Shown here one piece after another: positions 40,972-49,924 of a DNA stretch of 64,000 nt. Numbering within the stretch: position 1 is the stretch's first letter; every line of letters begins with the position of its first letter. The notes beneath the pieces were generated by a model. It was not told where the DNA came from. It made no database searches and saw nothing but the letters and a program-made list of their open reading frames with translations. A program made the position numbers and the translations under genes. Origin of the DNA: a bacterium (GTDB lineage Bacteria; Zhuqueibacterota; Zhuqueibacteria; Residuimicrobiales; Krinioviventaceae); NCBI GenBank assembly GCA_963674595.2, contig CAXXFV010000016.1, positions 96,001-160,000 of the forward strand, in the 5' to 3' direction.

Positions 40972-41363
40972 TTGTTGTCGATACAAATGTGATCGCCTAT
41001 TTATTTATTAAAGGAGAAAAGACTGAAAGTGCCAAGTCATTGTTGTTGTACGATTCTGAATGGATAGCTCCCTTTTTATGGAAAAGTGAGTTTCGAAATA
41101 TACTTGCGCTGTATTTAAGAAAAAAATATTTAAGATTTGACGACGCTTTATTAATATTAAATGAAGCAGAAAATTTTATGAGTGAAAATGAATATGAAGT
41201 TAATTCAAAAGAAATTTTGGAGCTTGTAAATAATTCGAATTGTTCAGCCTATGATTGTGAATTTGTAGCTTTGGCAAAAAGATTAAATCTTAAATTATAC
41301 ACGTTGGATAAAAAAATATTTAAAGAATTTCCAGAATTTGTAAATTATATCAATGATTTTTAA
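40968..41363 (+). CDS. vapC: VapC PIN-domain toxin
   Basis: IVVDTNV, E, SAYD.EFVALA, TLDKK; acidic tetrad present. Confidence 0.9.
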   Translation: MIVVDTNVIAYLFIKGEKTESAKSLLLYDSEWIAPFLWKSEFRNILALYLRKKYLRFDDALLILNEAENFMSENEYEVNSKEILELVNNSNCSAYDCEFVALAKRLNLKLYTLDKKIFKEFPEFVNYINDF

Positions 41364-41561
41364 TCTTATTAAGACTTGGTATCAAGCTTAAAATGGTTTT
41401 TAGGGGATATATGGGTAGTTTCTCAAATTATCAAAATCTATTGTATTTCAGCATAAATTTAGTTTTATTGGTTGATGAAAAAAATAGTCTGTTTTAACCG
41501 GGCGTCCTGAAAATGGACGCCGTTATAACTTGCTTTAGTCCCAAAAATCCCGGAGCTGAAA

Positions 41562-42638
41562 ATGATAAATATACAGGCAAGTGTTTCCAAAGGCTGGCTG
41601 CATCACCAGGCTGGTTTTATCTTTGATAAACAATATTATATGGATCCGATGTACCGTCGGGAAACAGACCAGCGTATTCATCAATTTGTTGAAAATCAGT
41701 TTCCGGATTATCCTGTTTATAATATGGAATCGAACCTGGTGCAGGCCGATTATGTTAGTCCAAACCATATCCTTGTGGGTGGTTTACAGCCGAATATGAT
41801 CCTTGGGACGCTGCTTGGCGCTGAATTTTTATTTTTTCCGGATAAAGATTCAGACATTGACCGCGCCCCTCTGGCTGGTATCGATCCTGATGATTTGCCT
41901 AAAGTAGATTCACTTCTCAATCATCCCTTTTTAAAAGAACTGGAACAGCAAATCTCTACAATAAAAGAGGAGCACCCGGAGCTAAGGATTATTCCGCCTT
42001 TTTTTTGGGACAATTCCGGTCGGGCCACGATTCATGGTATTTTTACAACCTCCTATAAACTGATCGGTGAAAATGTTATGATGATGATGGTTATGGAACC
42101 TGACAAGCTGCATAAATATCATCAATGGATTACCGATGCTTATATTTTGCTCTTGAAGCATTTTTCTCAAATTGGCGATTTTCCAATTACATCCGTACAT
42201 ATTGGTGAATGTTCCGGGACCATGATTTCCCCGCACATGTACAGCGAGTTTTCGGTTCCTTATTCCAGTCAAATCGGACGAAAATTGGGTGCTGTCCGTA
42301 TGCATACCTGTGGAAAGTCCGATCATTTATTAGAGGTTACAAAAAATATTGACAATTTGAAGGTTATCGATACGGGTTCCAATACGTCGGTTGCTAAAAT
42401 GCGACAGGTATTTGGACCTGATTTTGAATTAAATCTTGCTCCGCCTGTGGAAATTTTGTTAAAAGAGATACCAAAACAACGCGTTATAGAGTGGCTGGAT
42501 CAGGTGTTGTCTGAAAATAACGGCGGTCCGCTTCACATCGCCTATCATCTGGAAGCGGAATACAATTTTGAAAATTGTCTGGCCTTGTGTGATGAATTGG
42601 TTAAACGAGGTTTGACACGTCCGGGACGAGTTTTTTAA
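41562..42638 (+). CDS. URO-D / MtaA-CmuA superfamily protein
   Basis: HG..TT..KL.GE, HIGEC, IS...Y.EF..PY, HTCG; consistent with a URO-D-like TIM barrel. Confidence 0.65.
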   Translation: MINIQASVSKGWLHHQAGFIFDKQYYMDPMYRRETDQRIHQFVENQFPDYPVYNMESNLVQADYVSPNHILVGGLQPNMILGTLLGAEFLFFPDKDSDIDRAPLAGIDPDDLPKVDSLLNHPFLKELEQQISTIKEEHPELRIIPPFFWDNSGRATIHGIFTTSYKLIGENVMMMMVMEPDKLHKYHQWITDAYILLLKHFSQIGDFPITSVHIGECSGTMISPHMYSEFSVPYSSQIGRKLGAVRMHTCGKSDHLLEVTKNIDNLKVIDTGSNTSVAKMRQVFGPDFELNLAPPVEILLKEIPKQRVIEWLDQVLSENNGGPLHIAYHLEAEYNFENCLALCDELVKRGLTRPGRVF

Positions 42639-42662
42639 TAGGACTAAAATTTCGGAGTATAA

Positions 42663-44171
42663 ATGACAGCAGAATTAGCGACCCGTTTCACAACTCTGGA
42701 TTGGTTTATTATATTTTTTTATATCTGTTGTATCACCGGAATCGGTGTTTTTGTGAACCGTTATGTTCACAACACTGCCGGATATATGGTGGGCGGTCGC
42801 TCCGCCGGACTGGCCTTAAACACAGCCAGTTATATTGGAACAGAACTCGGACTGGTGACGATTATGTATGCCGCCATCGAAGGTTTTAATCGGGGCTTCT
42901 CTTATTTAATTATCCCGCTTTTATCGCTGATTGCTGCTTTTTTTCTGGGTCGTACCGGATTTGTCATCACCCGGTTACGGGAAATGAAACTCACCACAAT
43001 ACCCGAGTTTTTTGAAAAACGGTTTAACCGCAAAATACGAGTCACCTCAGCTTTACTGATTGCGTTTTCCGGCATTTTGAATATGGGACTTTTTCCCAAG
43101 ATGGGCGCTACTTTTATTACCTATGCAACGGGATTGGCCGCAACCGGCGATCCGACGCTGGTTGTTAATATCGTCATGTCTGTTTTAATAATACTTGTTG
43201 TTTTGTATACGGTTATGGGCGGCATGGTGGCTGTGATTGTGTGCGACTATATTCAGTTTACTGTGCTGAGCATCGGTTTGTTAATAGGCCTTTATTATTC
43301 CCTGACACTGCCGTCTTTGGGATGGCATAACATAACAACGACCATGGCGCACGTTGGCGGGGAACCTCTTTTTAATCCGTTTCACTCTAAAAGTTATGGT
43401 GTCTTGTACGCTGTGTGGATGTTTGTCATTTATATGACCTATGGTTTTACCTGGGGGCCTGTTGCTTCCCGGGCGCTGACCGCCAAAGACCCGAAAACAG
43501 CAAGACGAACGTTTTTATTAGGTTCACCCGGCCAATTTATACGTCTGGCTATTCCGGCCATGTTTGCGTTTGCGGCTTTTACCTATTTTTATTCACATCC
43601 TGTTTTGGCTGAACATTTTTTCCCCGGCGGTCAACCGGATGCACTCAAAGCGCCGCAGGCCATGCCCTTGTTTTTGGGACAGATCATTCCGGCCGGACTT
43701 ATCGGGGTGCTTGTGGCCGGACTGCTGGCGGCCTTTATGTCCACGCATGATTCCTATTTTTTAACCTGGGCCTCGGTTATCAGCCGCGATATTATTTCTC
43801 CTTTTAAAAAAGGCAAAATTACCGACAAGCAGGAAATATTCTATGCCAGAGTAACCATTGTGTTTATCGGTCTGTTTCTATTGATTTGGGGATTGTGGTA
43901 TAAACTGCCGGAGAGTGTTTGGACCTATATGGCAATTACCGGCAATATTTATGTTACCGGTGCAACCGCCGCTATAATCGGAGGCGTCTATTGGAAAAGA
44001 GCATCCAGCGCCGGCGCCCTTGCCGCCATGTTGGGAGGTTTGTTTTCTGTTCTTGGTATCGTTCCGGTAATATCTGAAAATATATCCATGGGAGTGTTGG
44101 GACTTGGAAATTATATAATTTGCGGTGTGCTGCTGATTGTGTTTTCATTGATTTTCCCGGATAAAAAATAA
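42663..44171 (+). CDS. Sodium:solute symporter (SSS)
   Basis: Y.VGGRS, TIPEFFEKRF, YT.MGGM.AV..D.IQ, AAFMSTHDS, YWKRAS..GA. Confidence 0.92.
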   Translation: MTAELATRFTTLDWFIIFFYICCITGIGVFVNRYVHNTAGYMVGGRSAGLALNTASYIGTELGLVTIMYAAIEGFNRGFSYLIIPLLSLIAAFFLGRTGFVITRLREMKLTTIPEFFEKRFNRKIRVTSALLIAFSGILNMGLFPKMGATFITYATGLAATGDPTLVVNIVMSVLIILVVLYTVMGGMVAVIVCDYIQFTVLSIGLLIGLYYSLTLPSLGWHNITTTMAHVGGEPLFNPFHSKSYGVLYAVWMFVIYMTYGFTWGPVASRALTAKDPKTARRTFLLGSPGQFIRLAIPAMFAFAAFTYFYSHPVLAEHFFPGGQPDALKAPQAMPLFLGQIIPAGLIGVLVAGLLAAFMSTHDSYFLTWASVISRDIISPFKKGKITDKQEIFYARVTIVFIGLFLLIWGLWYKLPESVWTYMAITGNIYVTGATAAIIGGVYWKRASSAGALAAMLGGLFSVLGIVPVISENISMGVLGLGNYIICGVLLIVFSLIFPDKK

Positions 44172-44182
44172 GGAGCGCTGTC

Positions 44183-44326
44183 ATGGAATTGTGGATATTG
44201 TTTTGGAAAATAATATGTTTTGTGGGCTTTACCGCATTTATCCTGACCGTATTGTTTATTGTGCCTTTTGGCGCCAGGGACATTATAGGGCTTTTTAAAA
44301 GCCTTGGAAGGAAAAGAACACATTAG
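44183..44326 (+). CDS. 47-aa single-TM membrane protein, probable SSS accessory (absent from the ORF track)
   Basis: AAGGAG SD at the SSS stop; MELWILFWKIICFVGFTAFILTVLFIVPFGARDIIGLFKSLGRKRTH*. Confidence 0.72.
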   Translation: MELWILFWKIICFVGFTAFILTVLFIVPFGARDIIGLFKSLGRKRTH

Positions 44327-44353
44327 ATGCTGTATGCTTTAACAGATAACACC

Positions 44354-44382
44354 TTGACTTTGTTCTGTTAAAGTTTTAAATT
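44354..44382 (+). promoter_or_regulatory. Sigma70-like promoter inside a 10-bp inverted repeat
   Basis: TTGACT-17 nt-TAAATT. CTTTAACAGA (44337-44346) and TCTGTTAAAG (44364-44373) flank the -35 box; the repeat could also be the upstream terminator. Confidence 0.5.
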
Positions 44383-44412
44383 TAATTTTCTGTCTAATTG
44401 AATTATTAAAGT

Positions 44413-44787
44413 ATGAATATGAAGTCGTTGTTACGATCAAAATTTTTATCATTTTTTGTTATACTTTTTTGTATTTTGTTAAACTATACAGTTTTTTCGA
44501 ATTTGCATTATCATCTGTATAGTGATGGAAAAATAGTTGTACATGGTCATCCTGTGAATCATAAGGGTTCAGATTTACCTGCTGAATCCCATAATCATTC
44601 AAAATTAGAGATGCTCATTTACTCTTCAATAATAATCAATCTTGGGATTTCTTTACAATTATTTTTTATTACGCTTTATCTTTTCAAGTTGTTTTTAGGG
44701 TTTTTGGGGCATATTCAAACATTTTTTAAAGACTTACAATTTTCGTTTTATTTCTTTCTTAGAGCACCTCCATATATCCTGTCTTAA
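44413..44787 (+). CDS. His-rich membrane leader protein ending in a RAPP ribosome-arrest-like motif
   Basis: Hydrophobic segment, HYH..DG..VVHGHP..H....HNH loop, second hydrophobic segment, LRAPPYILS*. Confidence 0.75.
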   Translation: MNMKSLLRSKFLSFFVILFCILLNYTVFSNLHYHLYSDGKIVVHGHPVNHKGSDLPAESHNHSKLEMLIYSSIIINLGISLQLFFITLYLFKLFLGFLGHIQTFFKDLQFSFYFFLRAPPYILS

Positions 44788-44963
44788 AAATTTATATAAT
44801 TTATTAAAAAATTAGGCTTGTATTAACCTGTCTCTTTTATTGTGCTATTTATTTAGACAGGTTCATAACGTCTTTATGTGGATTATAATAATCTGCTCAT
44901 AAGCGTTTTTGCCCTGGTTTGATTTATTTAACTATTTATCAAGTATAATCGGAGATTTGGATT

Positions 44964-46289
44964 ATGAGGTTTAAACCTTTTAAGGTGTTTTTATATTGGA
45001 TTATTTTTATTGCTTTGATTATTGCGAACAGTCTTTTTGCTGATGATCAGAAAAATGAAAATAAAATTTCAGAAATGGACCAGAACCAGAATTATAAAAT
45101 TCAAAAGTTGGATTCGTTAATAATTGTACTGGAAGAAAAGATTAATAAAAAAGAAAAAGAAGACGCTTTAAAAAAATTAATGGAAGAAGCTAAAGCACTT
45201 TCTTCTCAACAGCGAAAGAAAAGTTCTGGGATTGGGAAAAAATTTCACTCCGGTGCCAGACAGCAATCCGGTTTGAATCCAAACATCAGTCTTGGTGGAG
45301 ATTTTTTTGGTGCTGTCAGTAGTGAAAAAAATGAATTTATAAATGAACCCAGTGATTTTAATTATGGTACAAACAGATTTGAGTTACGTGAAGTTGAGAT
45401 CAGTTTAAATGCACCGTTAGATCCGTTTACCAGGGGAAAAACCCATATTTCTTTTACAGAAAATTCTCTCAGTGTTGAAGAAGCATATTTACAGTGGCTT
45501 AATTTGCCATTAAATATGAATTTAAAAATGGGTTTGTTTAATGCTGAATTTGGGTTGTTAAACAGATACCATGATCACGCTTTGCCTCAATTTGACAGAC
45601 CAAGAGTTTTGGTCAATACTTTTACCAGCGGTTCCTTGGGTGGTTTTGGGCTTTCGGGTAATTTTTTACTACCGAGAATTCTTTTTTCTGATGCGTCCAA
45701 TTTTGATGCCAGTATTATTCGTGGGGGTAACAATGTGAGCTTTACCAGCGAAGGTGATTATAATCTGATTTATACTGGCCAGTTAATAAATTATTATGAT
45801 ATTACTGAAGATACTTACTTTGAGTGGGTGCTTGGCGGTGCCACCGGGTATAATGATGCTATGGAAGAACACAGAAGCTATCTTGGAAATTTGGGTTTTG
45901 TTGTTAAATGGATTCCAATCGGCAGGGAAAAATACAAAACTATAGATTGGAAAACAGAGTTTCTTGTAAACAAACGAAAGGGACCTGTGGAAACAGTCAC
46001 AACCCGAGGTTTTTATTCTTCGCTTCAAAATAAACTTAATGCAAAATATTGGCTTTCTGCAAGGATTGGTTATTCCGAGTTGCCCTTTGATAAATGCCAA
46101 AATGAACGGGATTATACTCTGTGCCTTGATTATTGGCAGAGTGAGTTTGTATTTTATCGTATTCAATACCAGTATTTACAGCGAAATATCACTCAATATT
46201 TCGATTATACCGGAGATATGCCGGATTATCATACAGTTTTATTTCAAGTATGTTGGGCAATGGGCCCACATAAACATGAAGCCTATTAA
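44964..46289 (+). CDS. Outer-membrane porin-like beta-barrel with N-terminal coiled coil and His-rich C-tail (metal-uptake associated)
   Basis: Signal peptide, LNPNISL.GD, ELREVE....PLDPF, EEAY, FG.LN..H.H, SEF..YR.QY; ends GPHKHEAY. Confidence 0.78.
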   Translation: MRFKPFKVFLYWIIFIALIIANSLFADDQKNENKISEMDQNQNYKIQKLDSLIIVLEEKINKKEKEDALKKLMEEAKALSSQQRKKSSGIGKKFHSGARQQSGLNPNISLGGDFFGAVSSEKNEFINEPSDFNYGTNRFELREVEISLNAPLDPFTRGKTHISFTENSLSVEEAYLQWLNLPLNMNLKMGLFNAEFGLLNRYHDHALPQFDRPRVLVNTFTSGSLGGFGLSGNFLLPRILFSDASNFDASIIRGGNNVSFTSEGDYNLIYTGQLINYYDITEDTYFEWVLGGATGYNDAMEEHRSYLGNLGFVVKWIPIGREKYKTIDWKTEFLVNKRKGPVETVTTRGFYSSLQNKLNAKYWLSARIGYSELPFDKCQNERDYTLCLDYWQSEFVFYRIQYQYLQRNITQYFDYTGDMPDYHTVLFQVCWAMGPHKHEAY

Positions 46290-46325
46290 AAGTAATTTTT
46301 AATATATTAAAAATTGGAGAATTTT

Positions 46326-47402
46326 ATGAAACGCCTATTTTCTACGAGTTTTCTGCTGTTTTTTCTCGCATTGTTTTTCGTAAGCAGCCCTTTATTATAT
46401 TCATCGCAGAATCGACATCGAAATCGTGCAGGACAAAAAAGTAAACCTTTAAATATTGTCTGTTCTTTTTCAGACTATGCATCAATAGCAAAATTTATTG
46501 TTCAGGATTATGGTACTGTTGATTATATCGCATCCGGGGAACAGGACCCCCATTTTGTCCCTCCAAAGCCGAGTTTTGCCATGAAATTAAAAGATGCTGA
46601 TTTGTGGATTACAACCGGTATGGATTTGGAAGGTTGGGCGCCTGTTTTGCTGGACAAGGCCAGAAATAAAAAGATTATGGACGGTGAAATTGGTTTTGTG
46701 GCAGTCTCTGATGGTGTTCAGATTTTGGAAAAGGTAGAAAAAGCTGATCGTACTGAAGGTGATATTCACCTGATGGGGAATCCTCACTTTAACACCGGGC
46801 CGACAAAGTGGAGAAAAATAGCTGAAAATATAACAATCGGATTGCAAAAGGTCGATCCGGATAATGCTGATTTTTATATTTCCAGAAGAGACGCATTTAT
46901 CGATAAGGTTGACAGGGCGCTTTTTGGAGATCAATTAGTTGAAATGTTTGGCGGCGAGTTGTTAGTTAATCTTTTGAATAACAAAACACTTTTCGAATTT
47001 TTGGACAAGGATTATGAAGGCGGCAAGCTGGTTGATATACTGGGAGGCTGGTTAAAAGAGGCCCTGCCGTTTCGCGGAAAGAAAATAATGGCTTACCATA
47101 AAAACTGGGCCTATTTTTCCGATATTTTTGGTTTGGAAATTGTGGGCTATATTGAACCCAAACCGGGTATCCCGCCGTCTGCAAAACATGTGCAGAAAAT
47201 GATTAGACTGATTAAAGACCAAAACATCGGAATTATGCTTGTAGCAAGCTATTTTGAAAAAAAATCCCCACAAATGATTGAAAGCAAAACAGGGATTAAA
47301 GCTTTGTTTTTACCGCTTTTTGTGAATGGAATCCCGGAAGTTACGAATAATTTTGAACTCGTCGATTACTGGATTAATCAGATTAATGCCCATATTAAAT
47401 AG
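46326..47402 (+). CDS. ZnuA/TroA-family (cluster A-I) metal-binding protein
   Basis: QDPHFV.PKPS, G.DLE.W, GDIH..GNPH, YHKNW.YF, EPKPGIPPS.KH. Confidence 0.9.
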   Translation: MKRLFSTSFLLFFLALFFVSSPLLYSSQNRHRNRAGQKSKPLNIVCSFSDYASIAKFIVQDYGTVDYIASGEQDPHFVPPKPSFAMKLKDADLWITTGMDLEGWAPVLLDKARNKKIMDGEIGFVAVSDGVQILEKVEKADRTEGDIHLMGNPHFNTGPTKWRKIAENITIGLQKVDPDNADFYISRRDAFIDKVDRALFGDQLVEMFGGELLVNLLNNKTLFEFLDKDYEGGKLVDILGGWLKEALPFRGKKIMAYHKNWAYFSDIFGLEIVGYIEPKPGIPPSAKHVQKMIRLIKDQNIGIMLVASYFEKKSPQMIESKTGIKALFLPLFVNGIPEVTNNFELVDYWINQINAHIK

Positions 47403-47413
47403 AAAGATGTAAT

Positions 47414-48244
47414 ATGATAGAAAATTTAATATTTTTATCTGCCCCTATTACGGCAAGTGTTTTACTTGCCGGTATGCTGAGTTATTTTGGCAATCATATT
47501 CTCACCAGAGGTATTATATTTATCGATATTGCACTGGCACAAATTGCCGCGCTCGGTACAATGATCGGACTGTTATTCGGTCTGGTTGAAGGTTCGGGCG
47601 CCATAGAATTTGTGTCATTGGGATTTACGGTCGTTGTCATTGCTGTATTTGCTTTGACCAAATTTGAAAAACAAGTGATACCCCAGGAAGCCATTATAGG
47701 AATTATATATGGATTGGGTTTAGGGCTTGCGATGTTGTTAGCTGAAAAAATTCCCGGTGGGTCAAATTATATAACAAAAACGATTACCGGAAACATCCTT
47801 TGGGTAACCTGGGACGTCATATTGTCCTGTTTGGTTTTGTTTGTTTCTATTTTTATCATTCATTTTATTTTTAGAAAACCATTTATGCAAATTTCAGAGT
47901 CCAGAGACAAGTTGCCGTTTTCAATTAATAAGGTCCGAATGTATGAACTTTTGTTTTATATTACATTCAGTATCATCGTTGTTCGGGCTGTTCAGATTGG
48001 TGGTATATTTTTGGTTTTTGTTCTTTTAATTGCCCCTACTGCAATCAGTACTCTGTTTACAAATAATTGGCTGTATCGGTTCATTTGGAGCTGGATCATC
48101 GGTATTGTTGGTTCTGTTGCCGGCGTCTATATCTCCTATGAGATGAATATTTCCAATGGTCCCGCTATTGTTTGTTTGCTGGGCATAATGGTGTTCCTGT
48201 GTGTCGGGGCAAGATTGCTTTTTAAACTAAAAGTAAAAAATTGA
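47414..48244 (+). CDS. ZnuB/ABC-3 metal permease
   Basis: FG.H...RGIIFIDIALAQIAALG, QEAIIGI.Y, GNILWV, GGIFLVF..LIAP, GPAIV. Confidence 0.88.
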   Translation: MIENLIFLSAPITASVLLAGMLSYFGNHILTRGIIFIDIALAQIAALGTMIGLLFGLVEGSGAIEFVSLGFTVVVIAVFALTKFEKQVIPQEAIIGIIYGLGLGLAMLLAEKIPGGSNYITKTITGNILWVTWDVILSCLVLFVSIFIIHFIFRKPFMQISESRDKLPFSINKVRMYELLFYITFSIIVVRAVQIGGIFLVFVLLIAPTAISTLFTNNWLYRFIWSWIIGIVGSVAGVYISYEMNISNGPAIVCLLGIMVFLCVGARLLFKLKVKN

Positions 48245-48256
48245 TATGGAGATATT

Positions 48257-49117
48257 ATGATTGCAGCCTTACAATTTATGATTGCACCTTTTATTGCGTG
48301 TTTGTTATTAATTGGTATAAATATTTATTTTGGAATTCATGTCATCAAGCGTGAAATTATTTTTATTGATATTGCCCTGGCACAGATCGCTGCCCTGGGT
48401 GGGACAATTGCTGCTGTTTTACAAATGAGCCATTCAGAAGGTGTACATCACCACGATGAACAGAGCCTGTTTGTATATTTGTTTTCAATAGGTTTTACAA
48501 CTATTGCCGCTGCTCTGTTTGCTTTTATCAAAAATAAAAAGTTAAATATTCCTTTGGAATCTTTGATCGGCATTGCCTATGCTGTTGCTGCAACCGGGGC
48601 GGTCGTTATTCTGGACAAAGCTGCCGGTGGAGATGTTCATGTTCATGAAATGTTTGCCGGATCTATATTATGGGTTAGCTGGCAACAAAATTTATATTTA
48701 TTCCTGGCTTTTGCTGTTATTGGTTTGTTTCATTTTGTTTTTCGAAAAAAGTTTTTTCAACTATCTGATAATTACTATGGAAAAAAGTCAAGTATGTTGT
48801 GGGATTTTTTGTTTTATGCAACCTTTGGCATAACGGTTGTTCATTCCATTGAGGTTGGAGGTATTTTAACGATATTTGGATTTTTAATCATTCCGGCAAG
48901 TATTTCGGCCTTGTTTTCAACCAGTTGGACCAGTCGTATTATTACCGGTTGGGTTATCGGAACGCTGGTAAGTGCTGCGGGATTATATTTATCATGGACG
49001 GTTGATATTCCCAGTGCCCCTACGGTGATCTTGTTTCTGGGTGTGGCATTGGTATTGGCCCTGCTTTTTAAAACAATACAAAAACATTTGTTCAAAAAAT
49101 CAGAAAAAGCGGCCTGA
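48257..49117 (+). CDS. ZnuB/ABC-3 metal permease (second paralog, HHH loop)
   Basis: FGIHVIKREIIFIDIALAQIAALG, SHSEGVHHHDE, GSILWV, WDFLFY.TFG. Confidence 0.88.
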   Translation: MIAALQFMIAPFIACLLLIGINIYFGIHVIKREIIFIDIALAQIAALGGTIAAVLQMSHSEGVHHHDEQSLFVYLFSIGFTTIAAALFAFIKNKKLNIPLESLIGIAYAVAATGAVVILDKAAGGDVHVHEMFAGSILWVSWQQNLYLFLAFAVIGLFHFVFRKKFFQLSDNYYGKKSSMLWDFLFYATFGITVVHSIEVGGILTIFGFLIIPASISALFSTSWTSRIITGWVIGTLVSAAGLYLSWTVDIPSAPTVILFLGVALVLALLFKTIQKHLFKKSEKAA

Positions 49118-49220
49118 TATTATAACAATTATTGGCAGGGTGCCGTTTGCTGACATTTTTATTGAGTGTAGTAAATTGTGCCCTGCGAATTTTTGTCATG
49201 TATTGTTTTTCAGGGAAAAT

Positions 49221-49901
49221 TTAGAAATAAATGTGAAACAGCATTTGAATGGAATCCATTTCATCACGAATAACAAGAGAACTGGAACAGTCTGTCTCTC
49301 CTTGTGCTTTTTCATAGCGACAACCGAATCCAAACTTGTGGAATAAAACCATAAAACCAACTTGAGCGCTGAAAAAAATGTCTGCGCTGGTTTCATCTGC
49401 ATGAGTATAGTCAAAGTCAAACGTCCTTCTTTCCTCATGAGAAAGTTGAATTTCCCTTTTTCTTTTATGGCTGTTATCATTGATAAAGGGAATATTGAGC
49501 ATATAAGATGAATAGACATTTATTGAAAATGTCTTACTTTTAAATAAATGATATCCCACTTTTATCGGCAGATTTAAATGTTGAATGTTTATTTTCATAT
49601 TTCCATATACTATATCAGAATCTTGAATGAAAAAGTTTGAAGGCCATGTTATATTCTCCAGGAAAATTTCCCGGCGTGCATAATTCAGCCCAAAGCCAAA
49701 GTAGCCGTTAAATGAACGAATAGGATAAAAGTCTTTATGTATACCGAAACACAGTCCTGGTTCACTTTTGCTGTCTTCATTTCTTAAAGTTGAGCAATTT
49801 ACGCCGATTTCAATATTTGTCTTTGCGGCGTTGGCTTTGCTTGTCAGGCTTGTGCATAGAATAAATATGATAGAAAAAATAGTTAATTTTACTGGTTTCA
49901 T
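49221..49901 (-). CDS. Outer-membrane beta-barrel protein (PorT/OMP_b-brl_2-like)
   Basis: Signal peptide, G.N.S.L, L.LPI.VGY, C-terminal ..FHIYF. Confidence 0.7.
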   Translation of the reverse strand: MKPVKLTIFSIIFILCTSLTSKANAAKTNIEIGVNCSTLRNEDSKSEPGLCFGIHKDFYPIRSFNGYFGFGLNYARREIFLENITWPSNFFIQDSDIVYGNMKINIQHLNLPIKVGYHLFKSKTFSINVYSSYMLNIPFINDNSHKRKREIQLSHEERRTFDFDYTHADETSADIFFSAQVGFMVLFHKFGFGCRYEKAQGETDCSSSLVIRDEMDSIQMLFHIYF

Positions 49902-49924
49902 TGTTGCCCTAATATATATGTTGA

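Noticed and set aside
40620-41480. VapBC region as a mobile element
   Set aside because: AT-rich, but no transposase, integrase, terminal repeats or target duplication are visible.
41496-41524. GGCGTCC/GGACGCC hairpin upstream of the URO-D-like gene as a riboswitch
   Set aside because: A single 7-bp stem with no U-tract and no cobalamin or other aptamer consensus that I can recognise.
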